A stretch of DNA of 64,000 nt from Harriotta raleighana (lineage: Eukaryota). The position numbers and the translations under genes are program-made. Where the stretch lies: the NCBI GenBank assembly GCA_050575255.1, contig JBNZDD010013709.1, positions 864,603-928,602 of the forward strand, given 5' to 3'. Below, in pieces: positions 14,062-28,010 of the stretch (position 1 is the first letter of the stretch; the number at the start of each line of letters is the position of its first letter). The notes beneath the pieces were generated by a model. That model had not been told where the DNA came from and did not search any database. It saw only the letters and a program-made list of their open reading frames with translations.

Positions 14062-16155
14062 TATCTCCAAAAAATGAATTCAATTTGCTCAAACATTATC
14101 ACATGGGGGCCTTGTGCAGAGCAGAAGTCACATTTTTTCCAAAGAGGAGGAAAGCCAGGGGCACAGTTTCTTTTCTCGCAGCCAGAGAGCTGTCATACAA
14201 CATGCTCAGAGTCACAGGTAACTACAGTACTGGAACAGTTAACATCTCTAGCCAAACCTGCATGCCAAGCTCAGTGAGTGGAGTGTAGAAACTGCGAAGT
14301 ATGGAAGAAAAGCACAATTAACAAATAACAAGCCTGGTGCATTGTAGTCTTACAAAGTATTATCCCCGTACATAAAATACCTTGAACTCTGTTTCATGCT
14401 TTACAATTTAATAGGAACTGCTTCAGTAAACAGAGGTACGAAAAGCTAACCTGTAGGAATTCAACTCCAATACAATCTATTTCCATGGAAAGAAATCTTG
14501 TCAGCATGTCATCCATCTGGTTGCAAGGTTTTAAGGTGTTTGAATTTTGCGAGTCATTGCGACTTATTAAAGAATCCTGTTAATGACGTCCTCCCGACAT
14601 GAAAGGTGCTCTATAAATGGAATTTTGTTGTTGTAGTAGTCGTCCCAATTTATATCCCCAATATTAAATTATTCCTGGTCTTGTGTAGATTAGTGGATTG
14701 GAGGCTATCTATGCTGTTCACTTTGCCAATCACATTGCATAACTCGCACTGCAACTTGCACAGACATCCTGAAGGACCTTAGCATAGTTTCCAACTATGT
14801 GGCCAATAAAACCAAAGTAGTTCATCACAATGAACAGTGTTGTATAAGAAACAAAGAGCTTCCTGAGAAATGCTGGACATATTAGAGAATGTTATTAAAA
14901 TGTTAGGAAATGCAACTTATTATTCATAGTTGGCATTCAAGCTGCACAACCATTTCTTAATTATCTCATCCTCATCTGTGATTGATAATCTCACTCCTGA
15001 ACTATATGAGTATATACGAGATTGTCTTCCAGATGGCAGGTGGTGTTGGGTGGGGTGGGTAGGGCGGGGGGAGCATTTTGGCAGATATTCAATTAGTATT
15101 GAAGAAAAGATAGAACTGATACCTGAATCATCCACCAACACAACACAAACATTTCTGCTGCTGAAAAATGAAGACTTTCAATCAGATTTTAACTGTTTTC
15201 ACTGACTTAACTTCTATCAACACAAGGAGCAAAGGAATGGGCATTTCGCCCACAGCACGTATGTGTGCCTCGCATACTTAAAAACAACACAACGCATATA
15301 CAGCGTAAAGCTAAATTCTGAAGAGATTTACCAAACTCCAGAAGGAAAAAATAAATAGCATTTTTATCGCCTTCTCACGTCAAAAGAACTCAAGGTATAT
15401 TGTGGTACTCATTTTCAAGTGAGTATTACTGACTGTTTTTCGTAGGTAAATGCATTTTGCACATACAAAGATTGCACAAACAACCATGAGATTTTTATTG
15501 ACCAACTGAGCACAGGTAGAAGAGAACTCATCTTAACCTCTCAAAGAATGACACCTCTGACAATGTAGCATTTCCTAAGCACTGCAATGTCATCATTATT
15601 GCTCTTGTGTGAAGCTCTTGTGTGAACTCACAATTCTCTGACCCAGAGCTGTCAGTGCTAGGAAGCGAGTCAAGTTGACACAAAAGTGTTTTTCTTTAGC
15701 TTGATTTCAACTTTGGTAACTTCCTCATACTCAAAGGACATCTGGGAAAAGAAGCTATTCTAAATGGAATGATATCATTTGGAAAAAAAAATATTTCCAT
15801 TTCATCTTCCAGATTTATTTTAACACTTGTAGTGGAAAGCTTTAGTTTCGATATCCAATATATCAACTGTATAATAATACAGTAAATCCCTGAACAAATT
15901 GCAACTGCTGCCTAACAAGGAAATAACTTATTACATCTCAATATTGGGCAAACAAATACTGTGCAAAAAATTTCCGCCCAACAAATTGTGGGGTGGTCAA
16001 ATTGGAGTAGGGAAAAAATGGTTATTCAACCTCAAATTCCCAGGTGGTGGTAAACACTGAGCTCTTACAAATAACTGGAATATTCCCCTTCTGATGCTAA
16101 TGCAAAGTTATCACAGTAGAAAGACCCCTCACCGCCACCAGCCCACCCGCCCCCA

Positions 16156-16156
16156 C

Positions 16157-16182
<26 letters not shown>
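16156..16182. repeat. (CA)n microsatellite
   Basis: Direct reading. Confidence 0.9.
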
Positions 16183-16188
<6 letters not shown>

Positions 16189-19100
16189 GACCACCACCCT
16201 CCAACCACTTAATTTTATGAGACAGAAATGCAAATAAGCTGTCTCAGTAAATTTAACAACAGAATCACTGAACAATCTACTTCTTACAGAAGTAGAAAGC
16301 CTAAACATTTCTACAAAGATTGAAGGTAATCNCACACACACAGACCACCACCCTCCAACCACTTAATTTTATGAGACAGAAATGCAAATAAGCTGTCTCA
16401 GTAAATTTAACAACAGAATCACTGAACAATCTACTTCTTACAGAAGTAGAAAGCCTAAACATTTCTACAAAGATTGAAGGTAATCCAGCTAATATCAGAG
16501 ATGGCTTGTACCTTGTCATGTATACACAGGAAATCACATTTATCTGTCTGGCGGATATTTCAAAGATAACTCAATATCACTACCTAGTATGCGTAACAGA
16601 TTTTTCACCTTAAAACAGTTTCATTCACAAGGTGTTCAAATGATGACAGATTGACAGATTGACATCAATCATTGGTTCTCTTCATATGCAGGTAGAGACA
16701 GAGTTTGACAGCTGATTGAACGTTATGGCTAGAATTGCAGCAGGTCCAAAAGGCTAAGCTTGATATCTCCTACAGCCATCTTATTGTTGATTAGCAGGAT
16801 AATAAGCTATGTTTTTCAATTATCTGATATGTGCAGTGCAAAAATCCATCACCATGCTTGAAAGTCTCCAAACCAAACTACCAAGAATTTCACATATACT
16901 GTTTATGATTTCCATTTGTGCAGTACTGCTTGCAAATTCTATTCTTAACAGTTCTAATAATAATACTTACCAATAGAGTCTTTCATGTCAGGACGATGTA
17001 TCAAAAAGCTCTACATGATGCACCGTAAAATGTAGTGACTGTGTCATTTTGGATTTGTAAATGTCAATGTATTTGTAGATGAACTCGCAGCCAATTCTGT
17101 ACACAGCAATATTCCACAAAGAACTATGAAGTGAGCTACCATTTTTTATTTGGACTGCTGGCAAGGATTTCAGAATAAACTCCTTTCTGTTTTGGAATGG
17201 TGCCATGGGATCTTGAACATTATCTTAATAGACAGATGGGGCCTTGGTTTCACATCTCATCTGAAAGACGATTCCTTCTATCAGTGTAGCACATCCCCAA
17301 CACTGGTCTGGAGTGTGAACCTCGATACAACTTGTTTAACTACTCCCAGACAATTAGGTGTAGGTTGGAAAGAGCCAAGGCTTAGGGATTCAGAATGTCC
17401 ACCACAATTTAATGAGTTAAAATTACACTACAGACAGGATTTTCTAGTTGTCTTACAATACAACAGTTAATATCTGGACTGTTAGATGAATACAGGCATG
17501 GGATTGTGTTCATAGGAAATGATACAATACATAGGTACTGTATCTTCATCCAGACCAAACTTGTGATCCATCTACTTTTATAATTCAATGATTCTCTGGA
17601 TGGAGGTGTTTGATTTGCTACATCAAATTTCTCCTCTACTTATGGGAAGTTAGGGTAGTAAAGGGCAATTTTAATACAGGATGAGCAGTGTCTCAAGACT
17701 CTCCTCTTTGACCGTGCTTTTGGACATCCTCTGCTCTCCCTGCCCTCCACTGCTCCTGAACCCAACCACCAGATGCAGATCCCTGACTGATTTTACAAAT
17801 TCCTGACTGTCCAGCACTTTGATATAAGAAAGGCACCATACAAATGTAATTTGTTATTGTTACAGGTTACTAAGAAGGGCAGTTGAGGCCAAGATGTTAA
17901 ATTAATTTTTTTAAAACATCTTGATGCTGGGAAGGTGACAAGGTGGATATTTCCAGGAAAAATGAATTAAGTGGGCTAAAGGGCTTCATGAAGCATTCTA
18001 ATAAGCCCGGTAAATCAAAATTGTTGAGGAAACTCAAGCAATACTTACTTTCACTTCTGAGAGTGGCCTTGATCACTTTTCTGATATGACATTTATACTT
18101 GGTAATATGCTAGCAACTTGAAATGTTTGGCAGACAAAGTGTTGAAAGGCCTTCTTAGCAAGTATGTTTGTAGCTGTAGCACACGCCAATAACTCCAAAC
18201 ATGCAGTTGGGAGGTTCCTAGAGTTATTTGGTGACCAACAGATGACTGGATTTCACTTAAGGAGAAGTGTAATTTGTTTTAGAGACAAGTCAAGTTGAAG
18301 TGCAAGCTGATCTTACAAATACCATTCTTATGGAATACATGCCAATTTTTTTTAGAGAGCAAATGACACGAGAAGCTTTCTGTAATTATGATCATATTAT
18401 CAACAATTCATAAAGTGTTTCAACGATAAATCCATCAACAGAGGGAGACATGTTGCCAATCTGAGCAGACTAGTCAGTGAATAAGCAGCCAATCACTGAA
18501 AAGTGCACACTGTGCTGTTGTAAACGGAAGCTGATGCAGAGAGAATAATTGCCAACTATGGGTCTAGCAAAGTCAGAAACACCAATGCCTCGCTATGTTA
18601 CCAGAGAGAGACCCTTGATGTTGGTTGTTCAGTCCATCCTTTTCATCCACACTTCTTTGAAGACAAGTTTTGATACACACAAATAATGCAGTTGTGTAAA
18701 AATTATTAAATCCCAAAGGATAGATGGCATGCTATGTTGCAATATTAGGAAGCTATAACAATAACATGCATTTCTATAGCTCCTTTTAAACAAATTGCTT
18801 GTAGTGTTTCACAGAATTAGATGATTTAGAAACAAAGTGAACGTCGCTATGTAGGCAACAGCTAATTCATGCCAGTAAACAAAAATAGGATGAGTAGCCA
18901 ATTTATTTCGATGAGGAAGGAATATAAACTAGCAAATTGGCTGCTGCGTTTGCCTACAAATTACAAAATCGCTACACTTTACAGTAAAATCCTGTCAAGT
19001 GCTTTGAAACTTCTAGACAATGTGATATGATGGTATATCAAATACAGGGATTATTATAATCCCAAACTGGAAAAGGACATGTGAAATTGTTTGACAGAAT

Positions 19101-19396
19101 GCCAGTGACTATCTTAATTTAACAGAAGACTAATAGTTAGATGTGGTCTGATCTCAAGCCAGTAAAGATATGTGGACTGTGTCTCAAATTTAATCAATCT
19201 TCAATTGAACTAGATAGCTCAAGCAGTTTTATGCTAATATCTACCGGACCTAATGGCTATGGACTTCCCCGAGGTTGTTCATTGCATCTACTCGAATTAT
19301 AGAAATTACAGCCTATTAAGTCAAAACCAGTACCTAGTATGTAGCTACTTCACTGAAGCTACATACCATAATATAATAATCCTTGCATTTGATATA

Positions 19397-19810
19397 CAAA
19401 ATAATATAAAATTACATTTGTAAAGTGCCTTTCATGTTGTGGGTTGGGATTAGGGAGGGTGGAGGGCAGAGAGGGGAGAAGGGTGGTTGAAGAAGAGGAT
19501 TTTGAGGTGTGCCTTGAAGGAGGCAAAGAAGGGAGTATGGCAAAGGGAATGTATGATAGAGTTCCAGAGGGTGGGGCAGTAAGGCTGAACCTCCGATGGT
19601 GGGGTGGGCTGGACAGAGGACATGGATCACGCAGGAGCCTTCTGAGCGGAGGAAGTGGACAGCTTGATAAAGGTCAGAGGGGTGAGAGCGCTATACAAGT
19701 GTAATTTTGTTGTTGTTGTTGTAAGAGTGGGCAAAGAGGTAGAAGGTCCTTGAATGTGAGGATGAGGATTTTTAAATTGATTTTCTGAGAGTTCAGGAGC
19801 CAGTAGAACC
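19397..19810 (-). mobile_element. L2 3' fragment inserted in a SINE tail
   Basis: L2 3' UTR/tail splits the SINE tail (19372-19396 versus 19811 onward); a short + strand L2 tail is nested at ~19685-19722. Confidence 0.75.
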
Positions 19811-20159
19811 AGGTGCCTTATCAAGTCTTCGAGACGTCTCAAAGTGCTTCACAGAATATACTATAAAGTGAATTGACTAACGTTTTGTAGTAGAAAGGCA
19901 GCAGCAAATACCGCAAAGCAGTGTTCCACAAACAGTTGTGGATTTAGTGACCAATTTATTAATATTATTAGTTTGAAGGAATTATTATCCTTGGAAAACA
20001 GATCCACCAATCGAAGAACAACCAAGTTCTTACTTACCACCAAGTAAACAGAGGCGCGTGGAATAAGGAAACTTGCTCAACATTTCACCCTGCCAGGAAT
20101 TTAACCCAGGTCCTCTCGCTTTTGAGGCAAGTGCTCTAACCACTCAGCTACAGAACTCC
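19811..20159 (-). mobile_element. tRNA-Deu-L2 SINE (terminal tail displaced to 19372-19396)
   Basis: Head GGAGTTCTGTAGCTGAGTGGTTAGAGCACTTGCC; core. Confidence 0.82.
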
Positions 20160-20964
20160 AGTTTACTGTACTCTAATCTGAATGACTTGCTCTTTCCACC
20201 TATTTTGTTTAATATTCTTTTTTCCTTAACATACTTATCCAATTCCAATTTAAATGTTATTACCATTTTAGCTTCAATAGCCACTGTTGGAAAGTGTTTC
20301 ATGTTCAGCAGTAACCCTCCACGCTACAGAGATTCCAGTGTGCATTCCATTAACAATATATGCAGCAGGCTGGACTTTAGAATACATCAACTGTATAGAC
20401 ATTAGATTACTGTAAATTAATACTGACTCAGAAAATAGAAGCTGGAATAGCCTCAGGAAATCTAAGTTTGGCGCCAACTCCCAAGTCTTAACATAAATCT
20501 CCGGATTATTTTTCTGATGATATTGGTAACAATTCCTACCAGAAGCATTATATAATTTTTCCTTTCATCAGATTTGTGGCTATACCACTCATGATTTTTC
20601 AGCATTGGCTCTTCTGTCTGCGAACGAATTACACTCAGCAGTGACTTTATATGTCACATTTTTGTGTTACTGTTAAGAAATACTCTGAATCCCAACAAAT
20701 CCGGGGACATGAGCACATAGTTAGGTCGACATTCCAATGGGGGAAGACTGTATTGTTGGTGGTGCTTCCTTCAGATGAGATCAATTGAGATGCTGTTTGC
20801 AAGTTCATGTGAGTATTAACGATCCTACAACATTATTTTAAAATCATATACTGTATAGTGGCTGTAGGCACATTGACGTTGTCTCGGTAGACTTTTATTC
20901 TCTATTTCCAAATCCAACCAAAAGTTTCAGGTTATTAAAGCTAGAATTATTTTACACATTTTTA

Positions 20965-21286
20965 GAAGATGAAGAGGACTCGGGTTCGATTCCTGGGCAA
21001 AATGTTAGGCATTTTTTCTCATTCCAAGCGCTTCCGTTTACCTAGCAGTAAATAGGGCCCCAGTTGTTAGTCGATTGGCGGATTGCTTTCCCAGATATAA
21101 TAATCCCTTCAAAGAAAAAGAAAAATAATTTGGTCACTCAATCCACGACTTTTTGTGGAACACTGCAGTGCACAATTGGCTAGCTAGTTTCATCTGCAAA
21201 AATATACAGATAGTATATTCTGTGAGCTTTTGATATGTCTCTAAAATATGATAAGGTGCTATATCAAATGCAAGGACTATTATTAT
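20965..21286 (+). mobile_element. tRNA-Deu-L2 SINE
   Basis: B box GGTTCGATTCC, core, tail. Confidence 0.82.
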
Positions 21287-23356
21287 GAATTTTTCCCAAA
21301 CCCAAAAGAAAAATCTTCCAAAACGAGAAGATTTGTCTCAATAGTACATAAACAACAAACTTGAAACAATGCCGGCAATCACTAATTCTGTGGAAGTTTT
21401 ACTGATCCATCAATGACTTTCTGTCTAAAGGTAAGCAAGTCCTGAGTTTCGGTACAAATTGGCTATCAATGAGGAAAAGAGTGTTGTTCAACGACCACAA
21501 TAGTAACTGTTGTGGAAAATGGAAAATATCAATACATAGATATTCTGAGTTTAGAATTAGGAACACACATGAGGACCTTTATTCTGTATCCAGTTCAAAT
21601 CTGATCTGGAAATGTTTGATGTTACATGAAGTGCGAAGAGTGGAAAAGAAATTAGGAATATAAATTAATAGTTGTCTTTTGTGACTTGTCTCTTTGCTCC
21701 TTTTTGGACATATTTTTCAATTGAGTTAAATTTGCAGTTCTGTATCTGATGAGTCAGAACATTTCTAATCGGCTTTATGGCAAGCAAGTCATTAGCTTTA
21801 AACTGATGACTCTGGCTGAATGCCCAGACAAAAGACAAAAGATTTATAGAGGAGCTTCCTTGCTGGGAAATTGTTGGACTCTGTAACTGAATTGGCTGTG
21901 TGTTAAACAAGCATGAAATGACAAGTCACATGAACAGAGCCAGATCAAAAGACTACAAATAAAAAAAATTCTGGTGTACCTAAAAAAAAACACCTAAAAC
22001 CTCATAAACCAATTGGTTTTGACGATAGATTCTGATTATCTAAAAGATCAAACTAGTTCTACTTGTAAAATTGAAAATATGCTGAAATTATTTTATAAAA
22101 TACAGATGAAAAACTAATTATTTGTAGAAATATTATATGAGTTACTTTAAAATGTCATTGCTGTTATTGTAACGAATTGGCAAATACGACAGCTAATCCG
22201 TAACAGTTAAATTCCACAGACAGCAATGAGATATATGACTAATTAATTGATTTGTTTGTTGTTCAAATTTAGTTGGATGTGGAAGTAACATTAGCCAAGT
22301 CACCAGGGAGAACACCCTGCTCTTCCTCAAAATAGTGTTTTAGAATTGCTAATTTCCAGCTGAATTTCTGTTTAATGTATCATCTGAAGAAGTGCCCTTC
22401 CAGCAATGCNAGGAGTACACCCTGCTCTTCCTCAAAATAGTGTTTTAGAATTGCTAATTTCCACCTGAATTTCTGTTTAATGTATCATCTGAAGAAGTGC
22501 CCTTCCAGCAATGCAGCAGTCTTGCTGTACTATGAAATGTCATTTTAGATTACTTGTGTAAGTGGAACTTGAACCCTACAAATAGATGCTTATGATCAGT
22601 TGTAAGCTAAGAAAAGAAAGCATTGCACCATATTGAACTTTCATATTCAGTTCTCAAGTTATTACAGCAGTTTGTTTCAATAAGACTAATTTGAACTTAA
22701 TCCAATACATATATATATATATATATACTATCAGTGTTCAATTGTCAATTAAATTGTACTGGATTATATTGCTTGGACAAAGTTAGTTTCTGGGAGTGGT
22801 CAGATATGGATTTGTTTTGGTGATTCCTACGAAAGTGAATTCACAAATCGTTGCTCAACTTCCAAGAAAGAAAGGATGAAATCCAGAAGGAAAAACACAC
22901 ATTTCCAAACAGCTGGTTAAGAAGAGCCATACATATTTAATAGTTTTAGCTCTGATGATCCTTGCTGCATTCTCAGAATTAAGTCAAACTGAAGACCAAA
23001 GTGTATTTTGAATATTCTTTTTGTAATTTCTTCTCTAACCTACACTTTTACAGACAATAGCATGCCAGCAGTAGTCTAGTAATACTGTATTAACCAAGGA
23101 ATCTTATTCTGCGATCTAAGAAAATGAGGCTCGTCAACTGTAGCCAAACATAACTTGTCTTTCACTTAACACTGCACACTTCCCAGAAAGAATCACCGCA
23201 TGAAGATCAGGAGCTTTGGTTGATCTTTCCTAAGGTTTCTGAGACCAACTGTTGAAACCCATAGAAATCTTAATCAAGCAGAAGCTTTAATAGACTTCTT
23301 TTTCTAACAGTTGCAAACTACATCTTAAAAGTGCAGTGTCAAATGACATAATTGTG

Positions 23357-23704
23357 GAGTCCTACAGCTTAGTGGTTAGAGCACTCACCTCGCAAGCAAG
23401 AAAACTGGGTTAGATTCCTGGTAGGCGGAAATGTGGAGCAAGTTTCCTTACTCTGTTGGCAGTAAGAAGGAACTTGGTTATTGGTCGATTGGTGGATCTT
23501 TTCTCTTCAGTGTAAGAAGTCCTTTTAAAAAAAAATTGGTCGCTCAATCCATGACCTTTTGTGGGACACTGCCATGCGCAATTGCCTGCTGTGTTTTGCC
23601 CACAAATATATAGTCAATTTACTTTCAGTGTATTCTGTGAAGTGCTTTGAGATGTCTAGAAGATGTGAAAAGCACTATATTAAATGCAAGGATTATTATT
23701 ATTA
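23357..23704 (+). mobile_element. tRNA-Deu-L2 SINE, full length
   Basis: GAGTCCTACAGCTTAGTGGTTAGAGCACTC...GCAAGGATTATTATT. Confidence 0.85.
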
Positions 23705-26700
23705 TCAAAGTGAGACTGCCTCACTGGTTTTGGACAATCTAATTAGGCTGCTTGAAAATGTGTAATGTGCTATTTTCCTTCTTTATGATGCAAAGCCATT
23801 AATTATTTGGGTTTTCAATGTATTTTCATGAGCCAGAAAGTAGCCTTCAGACTTCTCTGCCCTAATCCTGTTTAGACTTGGCAAAAGGTGCAAACCTTTT
23901 CTCCAATTATACAAGTCAAGTGTGCTTTCAAATCAAGAATAACCAATACTTCAACTGAACAGTGCATAAATTCAGCACATCCAGAATATAGCAGAGTGCA
24001 AAGCATGCCAAAAAACAACAATTCTGGGTCTACAACAATCAATCATAAATTATGGAATTATATGATGAGTTTGAACCAGTTGCATATGAAAATTATTCTG
24101 CATGTGATCCAATCTCATAACCAACAATTGCATGAGCGGATTTAAAAGGTCAAATAATGATTAAATACTTTCCATATTTAATGGCTATCCTGAGGAATAT
24201 TAAATATATTCCATAATCTCTCTGGGCAACATACAAATCCTGCATTACATAACTGGAGATATATTAGAATGAGTGTTCTCAATTTTTCAATTTGGATGGG
24301 AGCCATAAACGATTTGTATTAACTCCAAGGTGGTGCTAAATCAAACTGATATTGTACAGTGTATTTCATGTATTCTATTGATAAGATCTGCCCATTCCCC
24401 ACCTCGCATTATTTCTCTCTAGTTTTATCATTTAGTTAATTTTTGCTTTAACTTTAACAGTACTAATTTGTAGGATATCATTTTCTTCCATGGTACCTTT
24501 ATCTTTTATGATTTGTGGGGAAGAGGCATGTCTGATAGACCTGAACAATGCTCTGGCTGAATATATACAAGTTGGGAGCATGAGGAGAAATTTAATTTCA
24601 GCTTTGTAATTTGTGGGTTGTTGCTGAATATGGTTCATTTTCTGAAAACTTCACACTCTCATTTCAGGAAGAACAAATGGNAAGTATCCATTGTTGCTGA
24701 ATATGGTTCATTTTCTGAAAACTTCACACTCTCATTTCAGGAAGAACAAATGGCTCAAACATAGATCTGAAGAGTCTAAACTAAAGATTAGAACCATGAC
24801 TAAATACATTGATCAAAACTCGAACTGTGGACTCAAATGGAAACTGCTTGTCTTTAAATAAATGTTCATTAAATTTGATCCATAGACAATGACCTTCACA
24901 GAATGGTGTTACCAGGTATGGAGCATCGTCAACTATTACACACATTAACATTGTAAAAGTCAGCCCACGCAGCTAGTGAATACACTTCGCATTTTGTTAA
25001 GGTGTATTTGCTTACTAATTTGTATCTGTAACCAGGGAACTCTACAGATTAACATTGACCTTGCACAACATTTCTGTTCATTCTGATAACCATTCAGATA
25101 AGGCATTCAGTCTTTGTACCTATACTTCATACTGAGCAAGCTAAGATTATTTCTGGCCTAGGGAACTTGTACAGTCATAATTCTCTCTCAGATATTAGTT
25201 TAGAAAAATTACCTTACTGAACAATAATGCCTCAAGCCTTTATATCCATTTTATTCTGTGGTTGCATCAAGTAAAAATGATTAAGATTTTAGATGCACTA
25301 TATCAGAAAATATAGTACACTGAGAAATATTTACACTACTTAGCAATCTTTTTTGAGGAGGCATCAAATGCAGATTGTGACACTTCTCTCAATAATCATT
25401 ACCTCCTAGCAACCCATTCCTGTACCTCCCAACAACCCATTTGGTTAAAGTGTTGGAGAGAGTTTAAAGTAGAATAACAGACACTTTGGAACCTAAATTA
25501 TATGTGTAGAGGCCCATAGAGCTGTGCTTACTCTCTTTGAAAATTTTCAATCAACAAATCTAATCAAATGCTGAAGGCTTTTCATTATAAGTCAAACATT
25601 ATTCTAATCTCACATAGATCCACATGAAAATATTTTGTGCAGATACCCTACCTTCAAAATGACATTGAACTGTTAGAGAGGGTTTCAAGTGGAATAGGCT
25701 AGGCATACACCACAATAATTTCTATGTTGATGAGATAGGGTGGGAGATATGAGAGAGGGAGAGAAACCAGAGGAGATAGAGGAATATTTTGGAGTTTTAG
25801 CCTGATTAATTTTAGCTCTGCATGTTTATAATCAGAACTAAACACCGGGAGATGAAGTTAATAGATAGCACCTTATCGCATTGTCAAGACAGCTCAAAGT
25901 GTTTCAATAAAGTAGTTTGACTGTATTTTGTGGGCAAAACACAGAGCTGGTTGTGCACAGCTATGTCCTACAAATAGCCAGAGTGAGTGACCAATTTTAT
26001 TTGGGGGATTGTTGGCCAGAACAATGGGAGAAACTCCCTTCTCTTTTAAAATAGAGCTGGGGATCTTTAACATTGCCTTGAACAGCCAGGTAAGTCAACA
26101 TCTTAAAGTTTGTTTCAAACCCAGATACTCTCACTTGCAAGCAAGTGCTCTAACCACTGAACTGCAAAACTTCATAGGACGGCACCAAAGGATGGCTCTT
26201 CCAACAATTCAGCGCACCCCAGAACTACATTGGAGTGTCAGCTTGGACTATATGATTCCAAGGCCTGATTTGGGGCTTTATCCCACATACTTCTGAATTA
26301 GTCATGATCAGGTAAGTTTGCAGTCTCTGGAAGATGAATACTTGATAGTCAGTACAAATGATCAGTTCTTATTCAATGCAGGATTATTCTCCACTAGAAA
26401 TCCAAATCAATATTAGTCCAGGTCCTGATGAGTCAGTCCACAATAAACCCAAAGCAGCTGATTGTGATCCACATTGCTTGCTGCTGGTTTGAATTGTAGT
26501 ATGGAACACATTATGTTTTCATTCTGGCATTATAACATTATGTTGTTACTGCAAGCAATAACTGTTACTGGGAAGAATGTGAAGGCAGTGTAGTTTTAAA
26601 TACAAACTGAGTTACATTTTCTACACTTGGATGACCTGCGAAAGAAAAATATTAAACGTTGAAATGTGTGTCACATCCAAGTTCTGCATAAAGAGCACAA

Positions 26701-27077
26701 CTGTATCTTTCAAGTTTACACTGAGTACAGTTTTACTGTTTAGCTCCATATTTCAAAGTGTAGAACAAGATTTTGGAATATGCCCTTCTTTCTTCCAGAA
26801 TGTTTAATAGAGCTTCTCTGCAAATGTTTGAGATAGCATTAGGGAAATACAAAATACAATACAAAATTACATTTGTATAGGCATTTCATGTCGGGAGGAT
26901 GACCCAAGGCAGTCTATCAATACGCGTCAAACAGAAGGAAGGATGCATCTTAATTCACTTTACTCTTTGGGTAATAAACTGCAATATTGCAATATTTAAA
27001 GGCTTAAAGTGTTGCAATGTTGGTTTGTGCTTTCAAAAAAAAATTCTTCACAAGGTGCTTTATAAAAGTGATTTTGT

Positions 27078-27394
27078 TTTCGTTGCCACGGCTTAACTTC
27101 ATTTATGTTCTTTATTTTGTTCCCGCTGCCACTTGGCTATGTGTGTGGCCTATGACGCAGGATGCCACAGCCAGCCAGTGCGGCCACCAGGTGTAACTTC
27201 AACAAAAACCACAGGAATATATTTTAGGTCATAAATCATGAAAGATAGGAGTTACCCGAAAATAAATAGGCCTATGCCACTCGAAGTTGCAAGACCTTTC
27301 CGATGAGGTATAAATTATGTTGTCCAGTCAATCGGCTATTGAGATCCTTTTTCGAATGCAGACATACATTGTCATTTCATTAATATATTGAAGA
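27078..27394 (-). mobile_element. Possible non-autonomous Helitron relic
   Basis: Minus strand begins A|TCTTCAATATATTAAT and ends with GCCGTGGCAACG (half of a typical Helitron 3' hairpin). CpG-rich relative to flanks; CTRR terminus missing. Confidence 0.4.
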
Positions 27395-27699
27395 TAAATT
27401 CTCTCAATCCATCCTAAAATGACACTCATAGATTTCAGTAACTGGAAGCATTGTTTAAAAAATGCAATTTATTCTGCTGATGGTACAAGTTTCATAGACA
27501 AATGATTTATCTTTGATAACATTTCCTTTATCTTTTTTTAAAAACACCATTGAGCATTCACCTTAAACAATGATGTTCCACAGCTTTGTCGGTTAAACAT
27601 AAATTGAGCTCAGGAATCAGTCTTTCAAGTCACATAACAAAGTGAATGAAAGGAAACCAGAATTATCTTGAAGAGGTATCTATAGTACTTCTTTTCACC

Positions 27700-28010
27700 C
27701 ACCATTTTTTGTGTGTTGTAAACTTTTCCCCTTATCTCCAGAAGACATTTGACTCAATTTCCTTAGTTTACCTTGTTGCAGTTCCATAACCACCACCCAG
27801 TACCTCACCCATTGTTTATGCCCAATGATTGAATGAAACAATTGCTGAGGTGGGATTGTTGCATTCAATCATCAGGGTGATATTCATGAGGTGATATTGA
27901 ACTGCAAGGGGATATTACACTTATCTAATCCTGTCCTTGAGTGATGTCCACACACATACACCTTTCAACAGAAGCAGAAAGTTTCACTGATTTACCCCTC
28001 CATAACCAGT
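27700..28010 (-). mobile_element. Ancient interspersed repeat (probable SINE); related fragments at ~6750-6905, 40910-41075, 61885-62095
   Basis: Shared degenerate motifs (TTTTCCCCT..TCCaGAAG.CATT, ATCCTGTCC..GATGTCCACACAC) between the copies. Confidence 0.45.

Noticed and set aside
18049-18250. ~65-codon open minus-strand frame ending at AAA|GTAAGT
   Set aside because: No recognisable homology and no convincing acceptor or partner exons.
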